Below, piece after piece: positions 25,682-40,079 of a stretch of 64,000 bases of DNA (position 1 is the first letter of the stretch; each line of letters opens with the position of its first letter). Source of the DNA: Octopus vulgaris (taxonomy: Eukaryota); contig OX597820.1 in NCBI GenBank assembly GCA_951406725.2, positions 106,950,001-107,014,000 of the forward strand, read 5' to 3'. Made by a program: the position numbers and the translations under genes. Under the pieces are notes generated by a model. That model was not told the DNA's origin and searched no databases. It saw nothing but the letters and a program-made list of their open reading frames with translations.

Positions 25682-25997
25682 ATATATACATATACATATA
25701 CATACATATAAATATATATACATATACATACATATAAATATATATACATATACATACATATAAATATATATACATATACATACATATAAATATATATACA
25801 TATACATACATATAAATATATATACATATACATACATATAAATATATATATACATATACATACATATAAATATATATATACATATACATACATATACATA
25901 TATATATATATACATATACATATACATATATATATACATATACATATACATATATATATACATATACATATATATATACATATACATATATATATAC

Positions 25998-26038
<41 letters not shown>

Positions 26039-26294
26039 TACATACATTATGGCTGCCCCCTCGTTATCGAGTATGGCCATTGCACGAAGCTTAACTGTTA
26101 CTGGTGCTGTGATCGAATGTGACTTTTTAGCCCAGCTAAAGATCTACAATGTCTTGTACAAAACTGTCACCTAAAACCTTTACTGGTAATAGCCGGCTGT
26201 AGTTGCAACTGGGCTTCATGTACCTTTGCATGTCGTTTAAGTCCTGCTGAATTATATATATACACACATATATATATACATATATATATACATA

Positions 26295-26671
26295 CCAGCC
26301 ACATGGTTCCGGGTTCAGTCCCACTGATTGGCACCTTGGGCAAGTGTCTTCTGCTATAGCCCCGGGCCGACCAATGCCTTGTGAGAGGATTTGGTAGACG
26401 GAAACTGAAAGAAGCCCGTCGTATATATGTATATATATATATATATATGCGTGTGTGTGTTTGTGTGTCTGTGTTTGTCCTCTTAGCATTGCTTGACAAC
26501 CGATGCTGGTGTGTTTACGTTCCCGTTACTTAGCGGTTCGGCAAAAGAGACCGATAGAATAAGTACTGGGCTTACCAAAAGAATAAGTCCCGGGGTCGAT
26601 TTGCTCGACTAAAAAAGGCGGTGCTCCAGCATGGCCGCAGTCAAAATGACTGAAACAAGGAAAAGGAAAAG
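26295..26671 (+). mobile_element. tRNA-derived SINE (family A), 5'-truncated
   Basis: B-box-like GGTTCAGTCCC, internal (TA)(TG) tract and CR1-like 3' end; the same family occurs at 52400-52786, 54725-55010(-), 56078-56440, ~57245, ~58775, ~60550(-), ~61826 and ~63470. Confidence 0.85.
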
Positions 26672-27633
26672 GATATATATATATATACATATATATATAT
26701 ACACATATACATACCTATATATATATATACACATATACATATATATATATATACATACCTATATATATATATACACATATACATACACATATACATATAC
26801 ACATATATTTACATATATATACATACATTTACATATATATATACATCATCATCGTTTAACGTTCGCTTTCCATGTTAGCATGAGGTGGACGATTTGACTG
26901 AGGTCTGGCGAACCAGATGGCTGCACCAGACTCCAATCTGATCTGGCAGAGTTTCTACAGCTGGATGCCCTTCCTAATGCCAACCACTCCGAGAGTGTAG
27001 TATGTGATTTTATGTACCACTGGCATGAGGGCCAGTCATGCAGTACCGCTAACGGCTACACGCATATGGTGCTTCTTATGTGCCACCTGCACAGGAGCCA
27101 GTCCAGTGGCACTGGCAATGACCTTGCTTGGAATGTTTTTCATGTGCCACCAGCACAGGTGCTAGTAAGGCGACGCAGGAACAATCACGCTCAAATGGTG
27201 ATTTTTAATGTGCCATCGGCATGGAGGGCAGCTTGTTGCTCTGGCAACAATCTCACTTGTATGGTACTGTTAGCGCTCCACTAGCATGGGTGCCAGTCAT
27301 CGATTTTGATTCCGATTCATTTCCCTCAACAAGTCTTCGCAAGCAGAGTTTAGTGTCCAATGAAGGAAAGGCACGCATAAGTAGACTGAATAGTCAATTC
27401 AAAGAACACATAATTGAAATAAATAAAAAAAAGGAACATGAAGATGTGCACAAGCAATACATGAATTTAACGCTGAGTGAAAGGAGAGATGTGTTAACAT
27501 TTTAAGCATAGATGTTCGTCGGAGAGCAGAAAGTCCAAAGAGAAACAAGGGAAAATGTAGAAAAATTGTTAGGTAACCCTGTGCAGTTTTATATGTATAT
27601 GTGGATATTATATATATACATATATATATATAT

Positions 27634-27691
<58 letters not shown>

Positions 27692-28444
27692 CATGCACAG
27701 AACTATGCTGGCACATGTTTATTTTTAGAAAATATCTTCTCTCTCGTTATAATCCTTTCTACTATAGGCACAAGGCTTGAAATTTTGGGGAATAGGATAG
27801 TCAATCATATCAACCCCGTAATGCAACTAGTACTTATTTTATTGACTGTGAAAGGATGAAAGTCGAAGTTGACACCAGCAGCAGTGATTTCGTCATTGTG
27901 TCCCTGCCAATAATAGCAAGAATAATAGTATAACAATCACTACAACAAAATTTAGTTTCTTATATGTTGTTTGCTTTATATCAAGTTCTTTATAAAAACA
28001 ATTTAGTATCAAACTGAAAGAGTACTCAATATATTTTGTAGAGTGCATGTAGAGTCTGATGAAGGAGCAAGCCAAAATCATTTTTGAAGTCATTGCCAAT
28101 CTTTTCCTTGTAAAAGTTTAATACACACACCTACATAAATATATACATATCATACACAGATACATATGGCTATATGTATGTGTTTCCACCAACTTGTCCC
28201 ATAATTAGTGGTTCAACAGATAAGTATGAGACTGTATGAAATAGGTATAGGGAATAACATAACCAACTAAACTTTTAAGGGCAATATGGCTACAGTCAAA
28301 TAATTGAAACTTTGATAATATAGGTGTAAGATATGAGATATACAACTATATCTACAATGTTTGTTTTTTTTTAAAACAGATTTTCAAATCATATATGGGA
28401 GACAGAAAAGGAATTATGTTAAAGAAGTAATGATGGAGTCTCAC

Positions 28445-28554
28445 CTGTTATAAAATGCCGGTAATCATGTTCTATTTTTTGGAATTGTTCAAAACGTTCT
28501 TTTGAATTTTTGTTACTAATTTTTTCTGTCCAAAACTGGACATCTCGAACTTCT
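28445..28554 (-). CDS. DLG5: DLG5-like penultimate coding exon, GUK (EVRDVQFWTEKISNKNSKERFEQFQKIEHDYRHFIT)
   Basis: tacAG/GTGAGA; 110 nt; resembles the DLG5 segment SKEQFE--QK-EQEY---FT. No terminal exon was found downstream in the window. Confidence 0.92.
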
Positions 28555-29463
28555 CTGTAAAAGAAACATATACACATACATTACACACATACACGAATAT
28601 AATCATTATACAGAATGTAAATAAAACAATAAAAGACTTCAAAGTTTAGAAGATTTATGAAACCAGAACTGAGTACTGCTGTGGGTTCAATATTCATATG
28701 AGGAAAAAGGACATTATTTTTTGACTGATTTTTCACTTCAGTCAAACATGTGGTTGATTTAGAAGCTGTGGCAACATATGTGCTACAGTAGTCGCAAGTA
28801 GGGAAAAGATGCTGCTGGATATAAAAAAAAAACAGGTGAAATAATTCAACAGCAGAAAGGAATTTGCTAGCAACTGCATACAGGGACAAGAGGCAAATTA
28901 ATTTTCTGTCAACCTGTGAATGAAAATGGCATCCCAGGTTGAAAGGAAGATCCTGGCCTACTTTCTACATGATTGTAATTACAAGCCTTACTGCAGACAT
29001 TTGTATTGTTTCTTTGAACAGAACATTCTGCAGTCCCATAATCTGTATTGCTACAACAATATCTCTACATGTGTACATCTATGTATCAGTGAATATACTT
29101 ATGTATGTTGCAATGGAGTCACATATTGAGGCTACAAGATTATTAACTCTTTTTTTTTTACTATATTTCTGTTCAAATGCACTGCCTTTGCTTCAAGTAA
29201 TATTGAGATTAATGACATACTGTAGCATTTTAGTTTCTATTCCTAAGAACTAGTTTCTTGAAAACTATTTCCACTAAGTGCTCCCAATTCTCCTTTCATC
29301 ATTCTAACTCTGTCTCTCCTACCATATCTAACCTGACAACAGTGAGCTTCTTCTTCAGACATGTAACTCTTTAGTATTCCTCTTCTATCTGTGTTGATCT
29401 ATAGATGTTAAAGGTGAACATCAACCACATCGATCTGTCTCATCTAGAAAAGTTACAGGCATT

Positions 29464-31110
29464 TACAAGGGGATACCCCAAAGTAATTGGAAACATTCTC
29501 TGCGGGGTAAGCTAGTTGTAATTCAGACTTCTGTTACTAGAAACCACCTGATGCAACCCTCAGGCATCAGTCTGCTGACCAGTGTTATCAAGTATGGTCG
29601 TGCTGCCACATGGTGCATCATTGTCTTGCAGTGCTTCTCCCCAGTTCATCAATTTTTGCAATAGCTGAAATGAAGGAACAGTGTGCTTCTTTGAAATTCT
29701 GTTTTCTGCTGGGGAAAACGGTGGCCAAAACTGTTGTCATGCTTCAGGCAACTTACAAGGATGCTGTCATGAGCAAAACACAAGTTTAAGAGTGGTTTCC
29801 ATGCTTTAGGAATGGTTACTTGTTGCTTTAAGACCAACCTTGTTCAGGGTGACTGTCAACCACCCAAATGAATGAAAACATCATGAAAATTCATGAACTG
29901 ATCTTGGAGGACCATTGCCAAACAACTGACAAACTTGTTGATATGATTGGTGTATTCTGGAGGTCCTGCCAACAAATTTTGAGCAGGGAAATGGGTATGA
30001 AAAGAAAATTGCAGCAGAATTTGTGCCCCGCTTGCTCATGGAAAATCAAGAGCAGTCACATTTGAATGCACAACATAAACTGAAAGAATAGTTGGAAGTT
30101 GATCTAGACCCTTTTTTGAAGGTCATCACTGATGAGGAAAGCTGGTGCTATGGCCTGAAAACAAAGCAGTAATTAAATCAATGGAAGCATTCAATGAAAC
30201 CACGCCCCAAAAAAGTGCATCAAGTGAAGTCCAATGCCAAGACGATGCTGATTTGTTTCATCGATGTGAAAGGGATTGTCCACACAGAATTTGTTCCTCC
30301 CAGTCAAACTATTAACCAAACATTTTACGTGGAAGTTCTGAAGTGTTTGCGAGACGCGGTGACAGGAAAATGCCACAACCTGTGACAAAGTGGAGAGTGG
30401 TGGTTGCGTCATGACAATGTGCTTGCACACAGCATCTTGATTGTGAGACAGTTTTTGACCAAAAATGGCATGACACCGCTTACCCACACTCCATATTCAC
30501 CTAATCTTCCTTCCTGTGACTTTTTTTGTTCCCCTGAATGAAAAAAGTCCTTAAGAGTAAGGAAATTGCAGATGTGTTACCAGTGCCGGTGGCATGTAAG
30601 AGAACCTTCCGTTTCGCGACCGTAGCCAGAGCCGCCCTGACTGGCCTCGTGCCGGTGGCACATAAAAAGCACCATCCGTTCGTGGCCGTTTGCCAGCTCT
30701 GTCTGGCACCTGTGCGGGTGGCACGTAAAAAGCACCCACTACACTCACGGAGTGGTTGGCGTTAGGAAGGGCATCCAACCGTAGAAATACTGCCAGATTT
30801 GACTGGGCCTGATGAAGCCTTCTGGCTTCACAGATCCCAGTAGAACCGTCCAACCTATGCTAGCATGGAAAACGGACGCTAAACGATGATGATGATGATG
30901 ATGATGTGGAAGAGGTGAAGGAAAGAAATTCAATGGAGGTGTTAAAAGGCATCACTACGCAAGAGTTCTTGGACTACTTCAAACAGTAGAAAATGTGTCT
31001 GGGCTGATGCATTGCTTCAAATGGAGAATGCTTTGAAGGTGATAAACATGTAAAAGTAAGTGAATAAAATAATATTGCAAAATTCTGGTTTCTTGAGAAT
31101 GATTCATTGA
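29464..31110 (+). mobile_element. Degenerate mariner transposon with nested RTE-tail insertion (30577-30905)
   Basis: Fragments ITDEESWCY, KSNAKTMLICFIDVKGIVHTEFVP…YVEVL, HDN and HTPYSPNLPSCDFF; multiple stops; gatgtg is repeated on both sides of the nested insertion. Confidence 0.88.
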
Positions 31111-31389
31111 AAGCAAAATTTTAACTCTTTTGTTACCATATTTGTACTGAGATACAATGCCTTTGTTTCAATTGATTTTGAAAATAATGAAGAATTTAGT
31201 AAAATAACTCATTATTAAGCTGGTGTTTGGGACATAAATTAACATGAAATTTTGAGGAAAGTTTTAAATATAGATCACTTTAAACAAAAAGAATTAATCA
31301 TAGAACCACAGATGATCTCAGGTGAGTTAATATCAAAAGAGCTGAATTGATATTTTTTAAAAATTACCAAGTGAAGAATACAAACATAC

Positions 31390-31499
31390 CTTATTTGCTT
31401 GGGTGTTTTCTGTTTTACTAACAAAACAATTGGGAATATTTGCTGCCGGTGAAGCCGGTCAATAGCTTCTGGACTTACATTCAGCAAACAATGGCAATT
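31390..31499 (-). CDS. DLG5: DLG5-like exon, GUK (NCHCLLNVSPEAIDRLHRQQIFPIVLLVKQKTPKQIR)
   Basis: gctAG/GTATGT; HCLL-V-P-AI-RL----I-PIV GUK motif. Confidence 0.95.
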
Positions 31500-31756
31500 C
31501 TAGCAAAGGAAAACAATAACATGCATCACTGTTGGTAGATGACAACAAAATCGTAGACTCAAATGGTAAGGAAATTCTATGGTAGACTTACTGAGAAGTG
31601 GTACCTGACCCTTTCATGAACAACACTCAAGTAAAGTCTTCAAAGTTACTACAAACATTTGGTCTCAAAATTTCTGACGATTTCTCATGGCAACCTTACA
31701 TATACACAAGATTGCCAAAATGATATCTAAATGACTAGACATTTTCTTTTGTTACA

Positions 31757-32341
31757 GAGGGTGAGCTCTAAGCAGTGAAAAGTAAAATTGTAATGTTATT
31801 ATCAATCCAAATATGCCTGAGGCATATTTGAACCAAGGAACAAGCTACTCACTGCATTTTGTCACAGAAAATATATCCTGTTTGTTGACAAATGGTGTCT
31901 ACATCATTTGTCAACAAACAGGATATATTTTCTGTGACAAAACAGCAACTTGTTCACTGGTTCGAACATGCCTCAAGCATATTTAGGCTGATAATAACAT
32001 AACAATTTTACTTATCCTTGCTTAGCACTTCCACTCCATAATTTACTCATGGTGAGCCACCACACAGCGCTGCCAGTTACCATATGGCAACTGGAAAAGC
32101 ATAAAAGAATTAGCCTCTTTAATCAGCTCACGGCTTGGTGTCTGTGACCGAAGAGGAGATAACTACTCCAAAATGCTTGCATCTCATGGTTTGGGTAGAC
32201 AGTGTTGCGAGCTGATATAGGTGTATACACACCGTTTGTCAACAAACATGATATAGTTTCCATGACAAAATGCAGTGAGAAGCTTGTTCACCAGTTCAAA
32301 TGTGCCTCAAACATATTTGGACTGATAATAACATTACAATT
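31757..32341. repeat. Foldback/MITE-like element: ~280-bp palindrome plus a third arm copy
   Basis: Near-perfect core tttgtcacagaaaatatatcctgtttgttgacaaatg…catttgtcaacaaacaggatatattttctgtgacaaa centred near 31899; the arm recurs at ~32228-32341. Confidence 0.85.
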
Positions 32342-32589
32342 CTCTTTTGTGTAAGAAAATATTTCAAATACTGATTAGTTCTTCAAAGATCAACTAAGAC
32401 CCACATAGAGTATTGCCTACATGTAGTTGGAAAGTGAACTTCTTAGACCACACAACCATGCCTGCACTGAGGAGATAAAAACAAGGATTTTTAAAATAGG
32501 TAAAAAAATTATATTTGTAGATGCAAGGTTCAATTGATAAAAGAGACCTTTGGTATCTAACTTCTACTAATTTTATCAGATAACAACAA

Positions 32590-33023
32590 CAGTTCTTTTT
32601 AGTTATGGCACAAGGCCAGCAGTTCTGGGGGGAGGGGGATAGCTGATAACAACAACCAGTACTTCATTGGTGCTTTATTTTATCAACTTCTAAATGATGA
32701 AAGGTGAAGTTGACCTTGGTGGTATTTGAAGTCAGAATGTAACGAGTTGAAAGAAATTCTGCCAACATGCCACCTTATATAATAATAATAGTAATAATAC
32801 TAATAACCATTTCTACTAAAGGCACATCGACCCCAGTGTTTCACTGGTACTTAAGTTATTGACCTCAAAAGGACGGAAGGTAAAGGTGACCTTGACAGAA
32901 TTAGAACTCAGAACATAGCGGAAGATGAAATACCACTAAGCATTTCACCCAGCGTGCCAATGATTCTGCCAGCTTACTGCCTTAATAATGATGATAACAA
33001 TAATAATGATGATAATAATAATG

Positions 33024-33070
<47 letters not shown>

Positions 33071-33750
33071 CAATAATAATAATAATAATAATAGTTTCAA
33101 ATTTTACTTCAAGGGCAGCCATTTTAGGGAGGGGATGAGTTGATTACATTAACCCTAGTATTTCACTGGTACTTAATTTATCGGCCCAAAACAATGAAAG
33201 GCAAAGTCAACCTCGGTGGAATTTGAACTCAGAATGCAGCAATGGGCGAAATACTGCTAAGCATTTCATCCAGTGTGCTAACGATTCTGCCAGCTCACTG
33301 CCTTAATAATAATAATAATAATAAAAATCATTGTTAATATTAATTCTTTCTACTACAGACATAAAGCCTGAAATTTTGGGGGAGGGTGCTACGAAATTAC
33401 AATGACTGTGCTTGACTGATACTTAGTTTATTGCTCCCAAAACGATGAAAGGCTACCAAGTATTTTGCTGTGCTAATAATTCGGCTGTCTATAATAATAA
33501 TGATTTGAAATTTTGGCATAAGGCCAGCAATTTACTAAAGGCACAAGGCTTGAAATTTTAGGGGAGGGGACTCGTCAGTTACATCAACCCCAGCACTTGA
33601 CTGGTACTTATTTCATTGACCCCAGCACTTGACTGGTTCTTATTTTATCAACCTTGAAAGGATGAAAAGCAAAGTTGACCTCAGCAGAATTTGCACTCAG
33701 AACATAGCAACAGACAAAATACTACTAACAATTCTGCCAGCTTGCTATTT
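32590..33750 (-). mobile_element. Cluster of ~5-6 tRNA-derived SINEs (family B) separated by (TAA)n
   Basis: Repeated minus-strand gagctggcagaatcgttagc…gagttcaaattcc…gactttgcctttcatc…gccttgtgcc. Other copies at ~27750, 37400, 44355, 45135, 51760(+) and 57670(+). Confidence 0.8.
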
Positions 33751-34058
33751 TTCTTCTTAAGGAGGAGGAGGAGAAGGAGGAGGAGGAGAAGAAGAAGAAG
33801 AAGAACAACAAAAATAGAACATTAAACTGATTTATAAACCAGCTATGAAAAAAAACAAAGTTAATGAGAGTGTATTCAAGGACAAAATCTAACAACTGAA
33901 ACAAAGTGACAACTGTCACAATATTAAATCGACCAGTTATATGAGACTAATACAATAAGTTGAACATTTAACAATTGCTATACGAGATTAATGCTCCATT
34001 GTCATAGTCCCATACAAAGGAGAAGACTTGTCAATAGTGTTTTGAAGAATAGACATAC

Positions 34059-34186
34059 CTTATCACAGATTCTTTTAACAGATGATACAGTATAACATTC
34101 ACAATAGTTTTCTCTTTTGTAACATTCTAAAATAAAGCCTTCAGCTTGTCCCTTCTCTATATTCTGGGCATTATTTTCCAATGTAG
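34059..34186 (-). CDS. DLG5: DLG5-like exon, GUK (TTLENNAQNIEKGQAEGFILECYKRENYCECYTVSSVKRICDK)
   Basis: tgtAG/GTATGT; 128 nt; in phase; TV-S+K-I--K motif. Confidence 0.9.
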
Positions 34187-34937
34187 CTACAATGAAAATA
34201 GAAAGTGTTGATGTTAAATGCCAGATAAGAATATAAAGAATAAGTGTAATTCTTGGATTTATTAAGAAATATATTAGAATGAGTCATGCAAATGCTTTGT
34301 AGCCATGTCTGATAAAATGGAAAATGCATTACCCAATAAAATGGTGAGAAAGAAATGCCAAAACAGCCACTCCATATTGTAAGGCTCATTTATTCGCATT
34401 GCAAGAATTTCTTCATTTTTATTTTATATATAACCTCTAGTCTTTAAGCATAAAATCACCTTTTGCTCTACTTCCTCTCATTTAAAAGTGAGGTTAGACT
34501 CATGAGCTGCTTGATGATCTCACTAGTGCTGATGCCATGACAAAAAAGCACCCAATATATGCTGTAAAGTGGTTGGCATTAGGATAGGCGTCCAGCCATA
34601 GAAACCATGACAAAATTGACACAAGCACAATGTGGTCTTGCAGTTTGCTGGATCCTGGCCAACTATCCAACCCATGCCAGCATGGAAAGTGGATGTTAAA
34701 TGATGATGATGATGTTTAGTCTCATTACATGGTAGCTTGTGCATCTGTCCTCTACTATAAACATGGGCCAACCAAAACAGTGTGTGCTAATTTCATATAT
34801 GGACACTAACAAACCTGTGGTACATATGTGTCCCTCCTTGTCTTGACAATATTAAGACAAGACTTTGTAATGTTACATGTAAATGAGTAGCACTATCATA
34901 CAAGCAGTGTTGTGCAGTTCTACTCTTCTATGAAAAC

Positions 34938-37165
34938 ATCATCGTCATCATTGTTTAATGTCCGTTTTCCATGCAAGAATGGATTGGACGGTCCGACTGG
35001 GGCCTGGGAAGCCAGGAGGCTGCACCAGGCTCCAGTCTGATCTGGCAGAGTTTCTACAGCTGGATGCCCTTCCTAATGCCAACTACTCCGTGAGTGTAGT
35101 GGGTGCTTTTTACGTGCCACCAGCTCAGGGTGAATGGAGGGTAGCAGTGGCCACGATTGGTTGGTGTCTTTTACATGCCACTGGCATGGAAGCCAGTTGA
35201 GGTGGCGCTGGCATCGGCCACATTCAGATGGTGCTTTTTACATGCTGCCGGCACGGGTATCACAACCACAATTTCCATTTGATTTTCATTTTGATTGTTG
35301 GTGTACTTGACTCAATAGGTCTCCTCAAGTACAGCTGGTCGCCCCACGATTCAAGTTACTTTTGAATGGGGTGGGACTGGTTTATGAGAAACTGGTATAG
35401 GATACAGCCATGAACAAACTAGTCACAGCATATCTCCAGAGATCTCAGTCTTTCGTCATTGCCTGTGAGGCATAATGTTCAAAGGTCATGCTTCACCACC
35501 TCATCATCCCATATCTTCCTGGGTCTACCTCTACCCCAGATTCCTTCAACACATCCCTCCTCATACATCCATAGTACATGACCATACCAGCACAAACATC
35601 TCTCTTGCATGCCACATCCGATGCTTCTTATGTCCAGCATTTCTCTCAAGGCACTTACACTCTGTCATGCATGGGCACTGACATTACACATCTAGCAGAT
35701 CATGCTAGCTTCATTTCTTTCAAGCCTATGCATGTTTTCCGCAGTCATGGCCCATATTTCACTGCTATAAAGCATGGCAGTTCGCACACATGCATCATAC
35801 AATCTACCTTTCACTCTAAGCGAGAGACCCTTTGTCACCAGTAGGGGTAGAAGCTTTCTACTCTTTGCGCAGGCTATTCTTATTCTAGTGGTAACACTCT
35901 CTGAGCATCCACCCCACTATTAACTTGGTCACCTAGGTAATGGAAGCTATCAACTACTTCTAGTTTCTCCCCTTGGAGTGTGATGGAATCTGTTTTCTGA
36001 GCATCTGTGGTGTTTATTGCCCCTGTGCATCTGCCGCACATGAAAGCTATCTTGTCAGTTAATTTCCCTTTGATGTTGCTGTACCTCTTACGTGTCCATA
36101 GCTTACACTGGGTACATCTTACGGAGTTTCTACCTACACCTTTTCTACAGATCGAGCAGGCCACCTACTTGAGGGGATGTGTGATAAGTTCGCCTTCCTA
36201 CTTACTAGAAGTTTGGTCTTTGCTATATTGACTCTAAGGCCTTTTGATTCTAAACCTTGCTTCCCGACTTGAAATTTCTTCTCTAGTTCTGGTAGTGATT
36301 CTGCTTTGAGGGCCAGGTCATCAGCATAGAGGAGCTCCCAGGGGCAACCCATCTTGAATTCCTTTGTTATTGCCTGGAGGACTATGATGAATTAAAGGGG
36401 ACTGAGGGCTGATCCTTGGTGGACCCCTACTTGTACCAGACCAGGAATTCTTCACTATACTCATTGCCAATTGTAACCTTACTAAAGGCCTCTCTGTATA
36501 GGGCCTGTACAGCCCTTATTAACCATTCGTCAATCCCCAGTTTCCGCATTGCCCACCAGATAATGGATCGGAGGACCCTGTCAAAGGCTTTCTCCAAGTC
36601 CACAAAAGCTAAGTATAGGGGTTTATCTTTAGCTAGGTATTTCTCCTGCAGTTGTCGAACCAGGAATATAGAATCAGTGGTGCTTCTACCTGGCACAAAA
36701 CTGAACTGCATCTCATCTAAGCAGACTCTCTCCCTAATGAGATGGGCTATGACCCTCTCCATGACCTTCATCACCTGATCCAGCAGTCTGATACCCCTGT
36801 AGTTATTTCTATCTAGAACATCACCTTTACCCTTGTAGCAGTTGACTATGGTGCTGCGACACCAGTCATTGGGTATAACTCCATCATGAACTACCTGATA
36901 TTTTAAGCATCTCAGCAGTGATTCCTGATGGGCTGGGGATTTTTCCTGGCTTCATACCCTTAATTGCTTTATCTACCAGGGAGCTGTCTATTCGGATAGC
37001 TGGTCCCTCTACTGGGTCAACATTTGGCAGGCTCTCCTCCTCCCATTCATTCTCCACATTCAGCAGTCTTTCATAATGACTTCTCCAAGCCTCTTTCATT
37101 TCAGAATCATTAAAAGCAAGTGCACCATCATGTGTGCAGACACATTTCTCTCCTGTGACATCTGG
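34938..37165 (-). mobile_element. RTE-clade LINE, 5'-truncated, with (GAT)n tail
   Basis: MKEAWRSHYERLLN, FVDLEKAFDRV, PWELLYADDL; same family as the 11825 copy. Confidence 0.93.
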
Positions 37166-37735
37166 TAATTAGAAAAAGATTATATCACTTGAAAAAGGTA
37201 AGGAGCATCCAGTTGTAAAAACATCTGCCTCAACTAATTCTGACTGATGAATGCAAGGATGGAAAAGTGGATGTTAATATGATGATAATGTACACAAAAC
37301 CACATAGATTCATAAAAATAAGTATTGACAATGATGAGTGCAGAAGTTTTACCACTACAATTATTCATTATCAAAAAGTTCATCACATTTTAAGTAATGA
37401 TTTCAAATTTTGGCATAAGGCCAGTAATTTGGGGTGAGGAGTACATCAACCCCAGTGCTTGACTAGTACTTGTTTTATCAACCCCAAAAGGATGAAAGGC
37501 AAAGTTGACCTCAGTGGAATTTGAATTCAGAACGAAAATACAGATGAAATACTGCTCAGTATTTTACCCATCATGCTAATGATTCTGCCAGTTCACCAGC
37601 TCAATCATGTTTTAAAGAAAAAAAATCTTGTCTATATGTTAAGTTAGGTTTGAAAAGTAAAACAATTAAAAAATGAACAACATATTTAAAACAATTGAAT
37701 ATTAGGTTTAAATATTATTTCAATATTTAACTTAC

Positions 37736-37837
37736 TGATATCACACTTGCAAAACTTATCAGGGGACTCTGCAGTTAACTTGTTGATCAAAGGTTCAGCT
37801 AAAGGAGCAAGCAAAATAACAGGACGAATACCTGAGC
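37736..37837 (-). CDS. DLG5: DLG5-like exon, start of GUK domain (GSGIRPVILLAPLAEPLINKLTAESPDKFCKCDI)
   Basis: tttAG/GTAAGT; RPVILL-PL...P-KFC-C motif. An alternative in-frame acceptor lies 6 nt inside the exon. Confidence 0.93.
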
Positions 37838-38736
37838 CTAAAAATGAAAGCATTACATTTTAGTAGTTGAGCCTAAAAATAGAAACATAATTTTGAAAAA
37901 CAGCATAATTCTCAAACAAAACAAACATCTGAAAGTTTATGTAGACAATGCTGAAACTAACTTTTCAAATTTGCTCTTAACTAGGAGTTTGTAACTTGCT
38001 GCCTTTCAAGCCTGTATGTGCAGCTTTCTGGATTTTGTTGACAACAAAGTGTAATATTTATTCTAATGTTTTTTTTAAATTCTTGAAGTCATGAAATGGT
38101 CAGTTTATATTTTTATTTTTCTGTGGTTAAGAAGTTTGATTCTTAACTACATATATACAAAATTACATATTTTCATGTATCTAATAAAAAAACTTTCAAA
38201 TATAAATAAAGCTACCTATTCCTTATCTTTACAATGCTATTGTTCTCATTTTATGAACATAAAAAGTACACACAGTAAATATAAACTGCATCTCATAGCA
38301 AAGGCTACACTGAGGAACTCAATATTTGAGAATGTTAACACTGATTATAAATGCAATTAGTAAACTAAAGTGTATATGGGTTACAGGTCAGCATTCTATT
38401 AACTGGATAATATTATCCTCTGCATATTGCATTTATTAAGTAAACGAAATTTGTTTTGATAGCTAATCAATTGGGGACAGTCGCTAAATTTAACTTGTCA
38501 ATGAATGATTAATGTGTCTTTACTCCCCTTGGTGTTCAAACAACATGAAACAAGTTCTTCATATTTCAACAGGTTTTTGAGCATAAGACATTCAGTTGAG
38601 CACATCATCCATTCATTCATGCATACATTTTGTTTGTATATCAAGCTATATATATAAACATCTTAGCATTGAACTGAAAGATTACTCAATACTTTTTCGT
38701 AGAGTACATGTTTATTAAACTTTTACAAAGAAAAAT

Positions 38737-38833
38737 TTGATAGTGACTTCAAAATTTTGGCTTGCTCACCTTTACCTAGCTGTCTGATGAAGTTAAGCAA
38801 GATGAAACTTTGAAGTTACTGTCAACCTTCTCC
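38737..38833. repeat. Twin head-to-head HHR-like palindrome, copy 1
   Basis: Plus arm CTGATGA-agttaagcaagat-GAAA-CTTTGAAG-TT-actgtcaa; the left arm is its diverged reverse complement. Confidence 0.6.
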
Positions 38834-39316
38834 TTGAAAATATGTGTGTGCATATGTGATTTGGCTGGTGCAGGCACCACATAAAAAGCACCCAGTCCAC
38901 TCTGTGAAGTGGTTAACATTGGGAAGGGCATCAAGCTGTAAAAGCCATACCAAAGCACAAAGGAGCCTGGTGCAGTCCCCATGTTTACCAACTGTCAAAC
39001 TGTCCAATCCATGCCAGCATGGAAGATGGAAGTTAAACAATAATGATAATGACACACACAGGCATGCATGCATACACAAATTTTAAATATTGGTTTTACA
39101 CTGTCATCTTAACACTTGTGCTAACCAGACATTCCACTACAAAGACACCATAAAAATTGGCTAATTTCATCATATGCCTGCAATTTGGAGCTGGATATTC
39201 TAGTGCTTTTATCCTTACATAACCTCCATTATTACAATTATCTCTTAACACTGGAATAAAAATTTTTGTCTATGACTACACAGCATCACAGTGATAAACA
39301 GAAAATATATAATAAA

Positions 39317-40044
39317 CTAGCTTAAGATGACCCGCTCTACGCGCAGGTAAGAGTGTGGTTGTTGCTTCCTTTCTGTTTTTTATCACCACATTCTCCCTCT
39401 TTGTTTCTCTCTCACTTTCCCACTCTCTTACTCTTCCTTTCTCTCGGACTTTCCCTCGCTTTCTATTACTCTCTATCTTTATCTATCTCTCTCCCATTTA
39501 TAAACAACAAAAGATCTTGAGTAAGTTGAGAAATAAAATATTTTGAAAGATCAATCATAAATATCAGGCAGTGACAACGGAAAGGTCTGCTTCAAGGCAG
39601 ACAGCAAAACGCTAACATTTAAAAGGGACAGACGAACTTGCGAGCTCAATGAAAATAAAAAAATATTGGAAACCAAAGTTTGAAGGGATAGAATCTGAAG
39701 ATATTAAGGTCACCATGGCTGGCATTTCTTAATGACGGACAGTAACATAGTGGCAGTTTAACGGCTGGCGTAAAATTTTGAACTTGATGTAAAAGAAAAT
39801 TCCTAAACACATGCTCCTGTAAATTTTAATCCCCTTCCAGCCCCATTCAGACCCCTTTCACATTTTGGTTAATATAACCCGACTTCATTCGGGTCTACTC
39901 GGGCCACATTTTATAAGACGAAGAATTTTGTCCTAGAGGTCATGCCTTTCATTTGAGGAAAAAAATAGTTGCCATGCAAACTCGCCAGCCCTTTTAACAT
40001 AGGTGTGCATATTTTCAGCTCAACCGACCACATAATGCACACAT

Positions 40045-40079
<35 letters not shown>

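Noticed and set aside
26040-26250. Unique-looking block as a possible last DLG5 exon
   Set aside because: No minus-strand frame resembling the DLG5 C-terminus with a suitable phase-1 acceptor was seen; more likely a repeat remnant.
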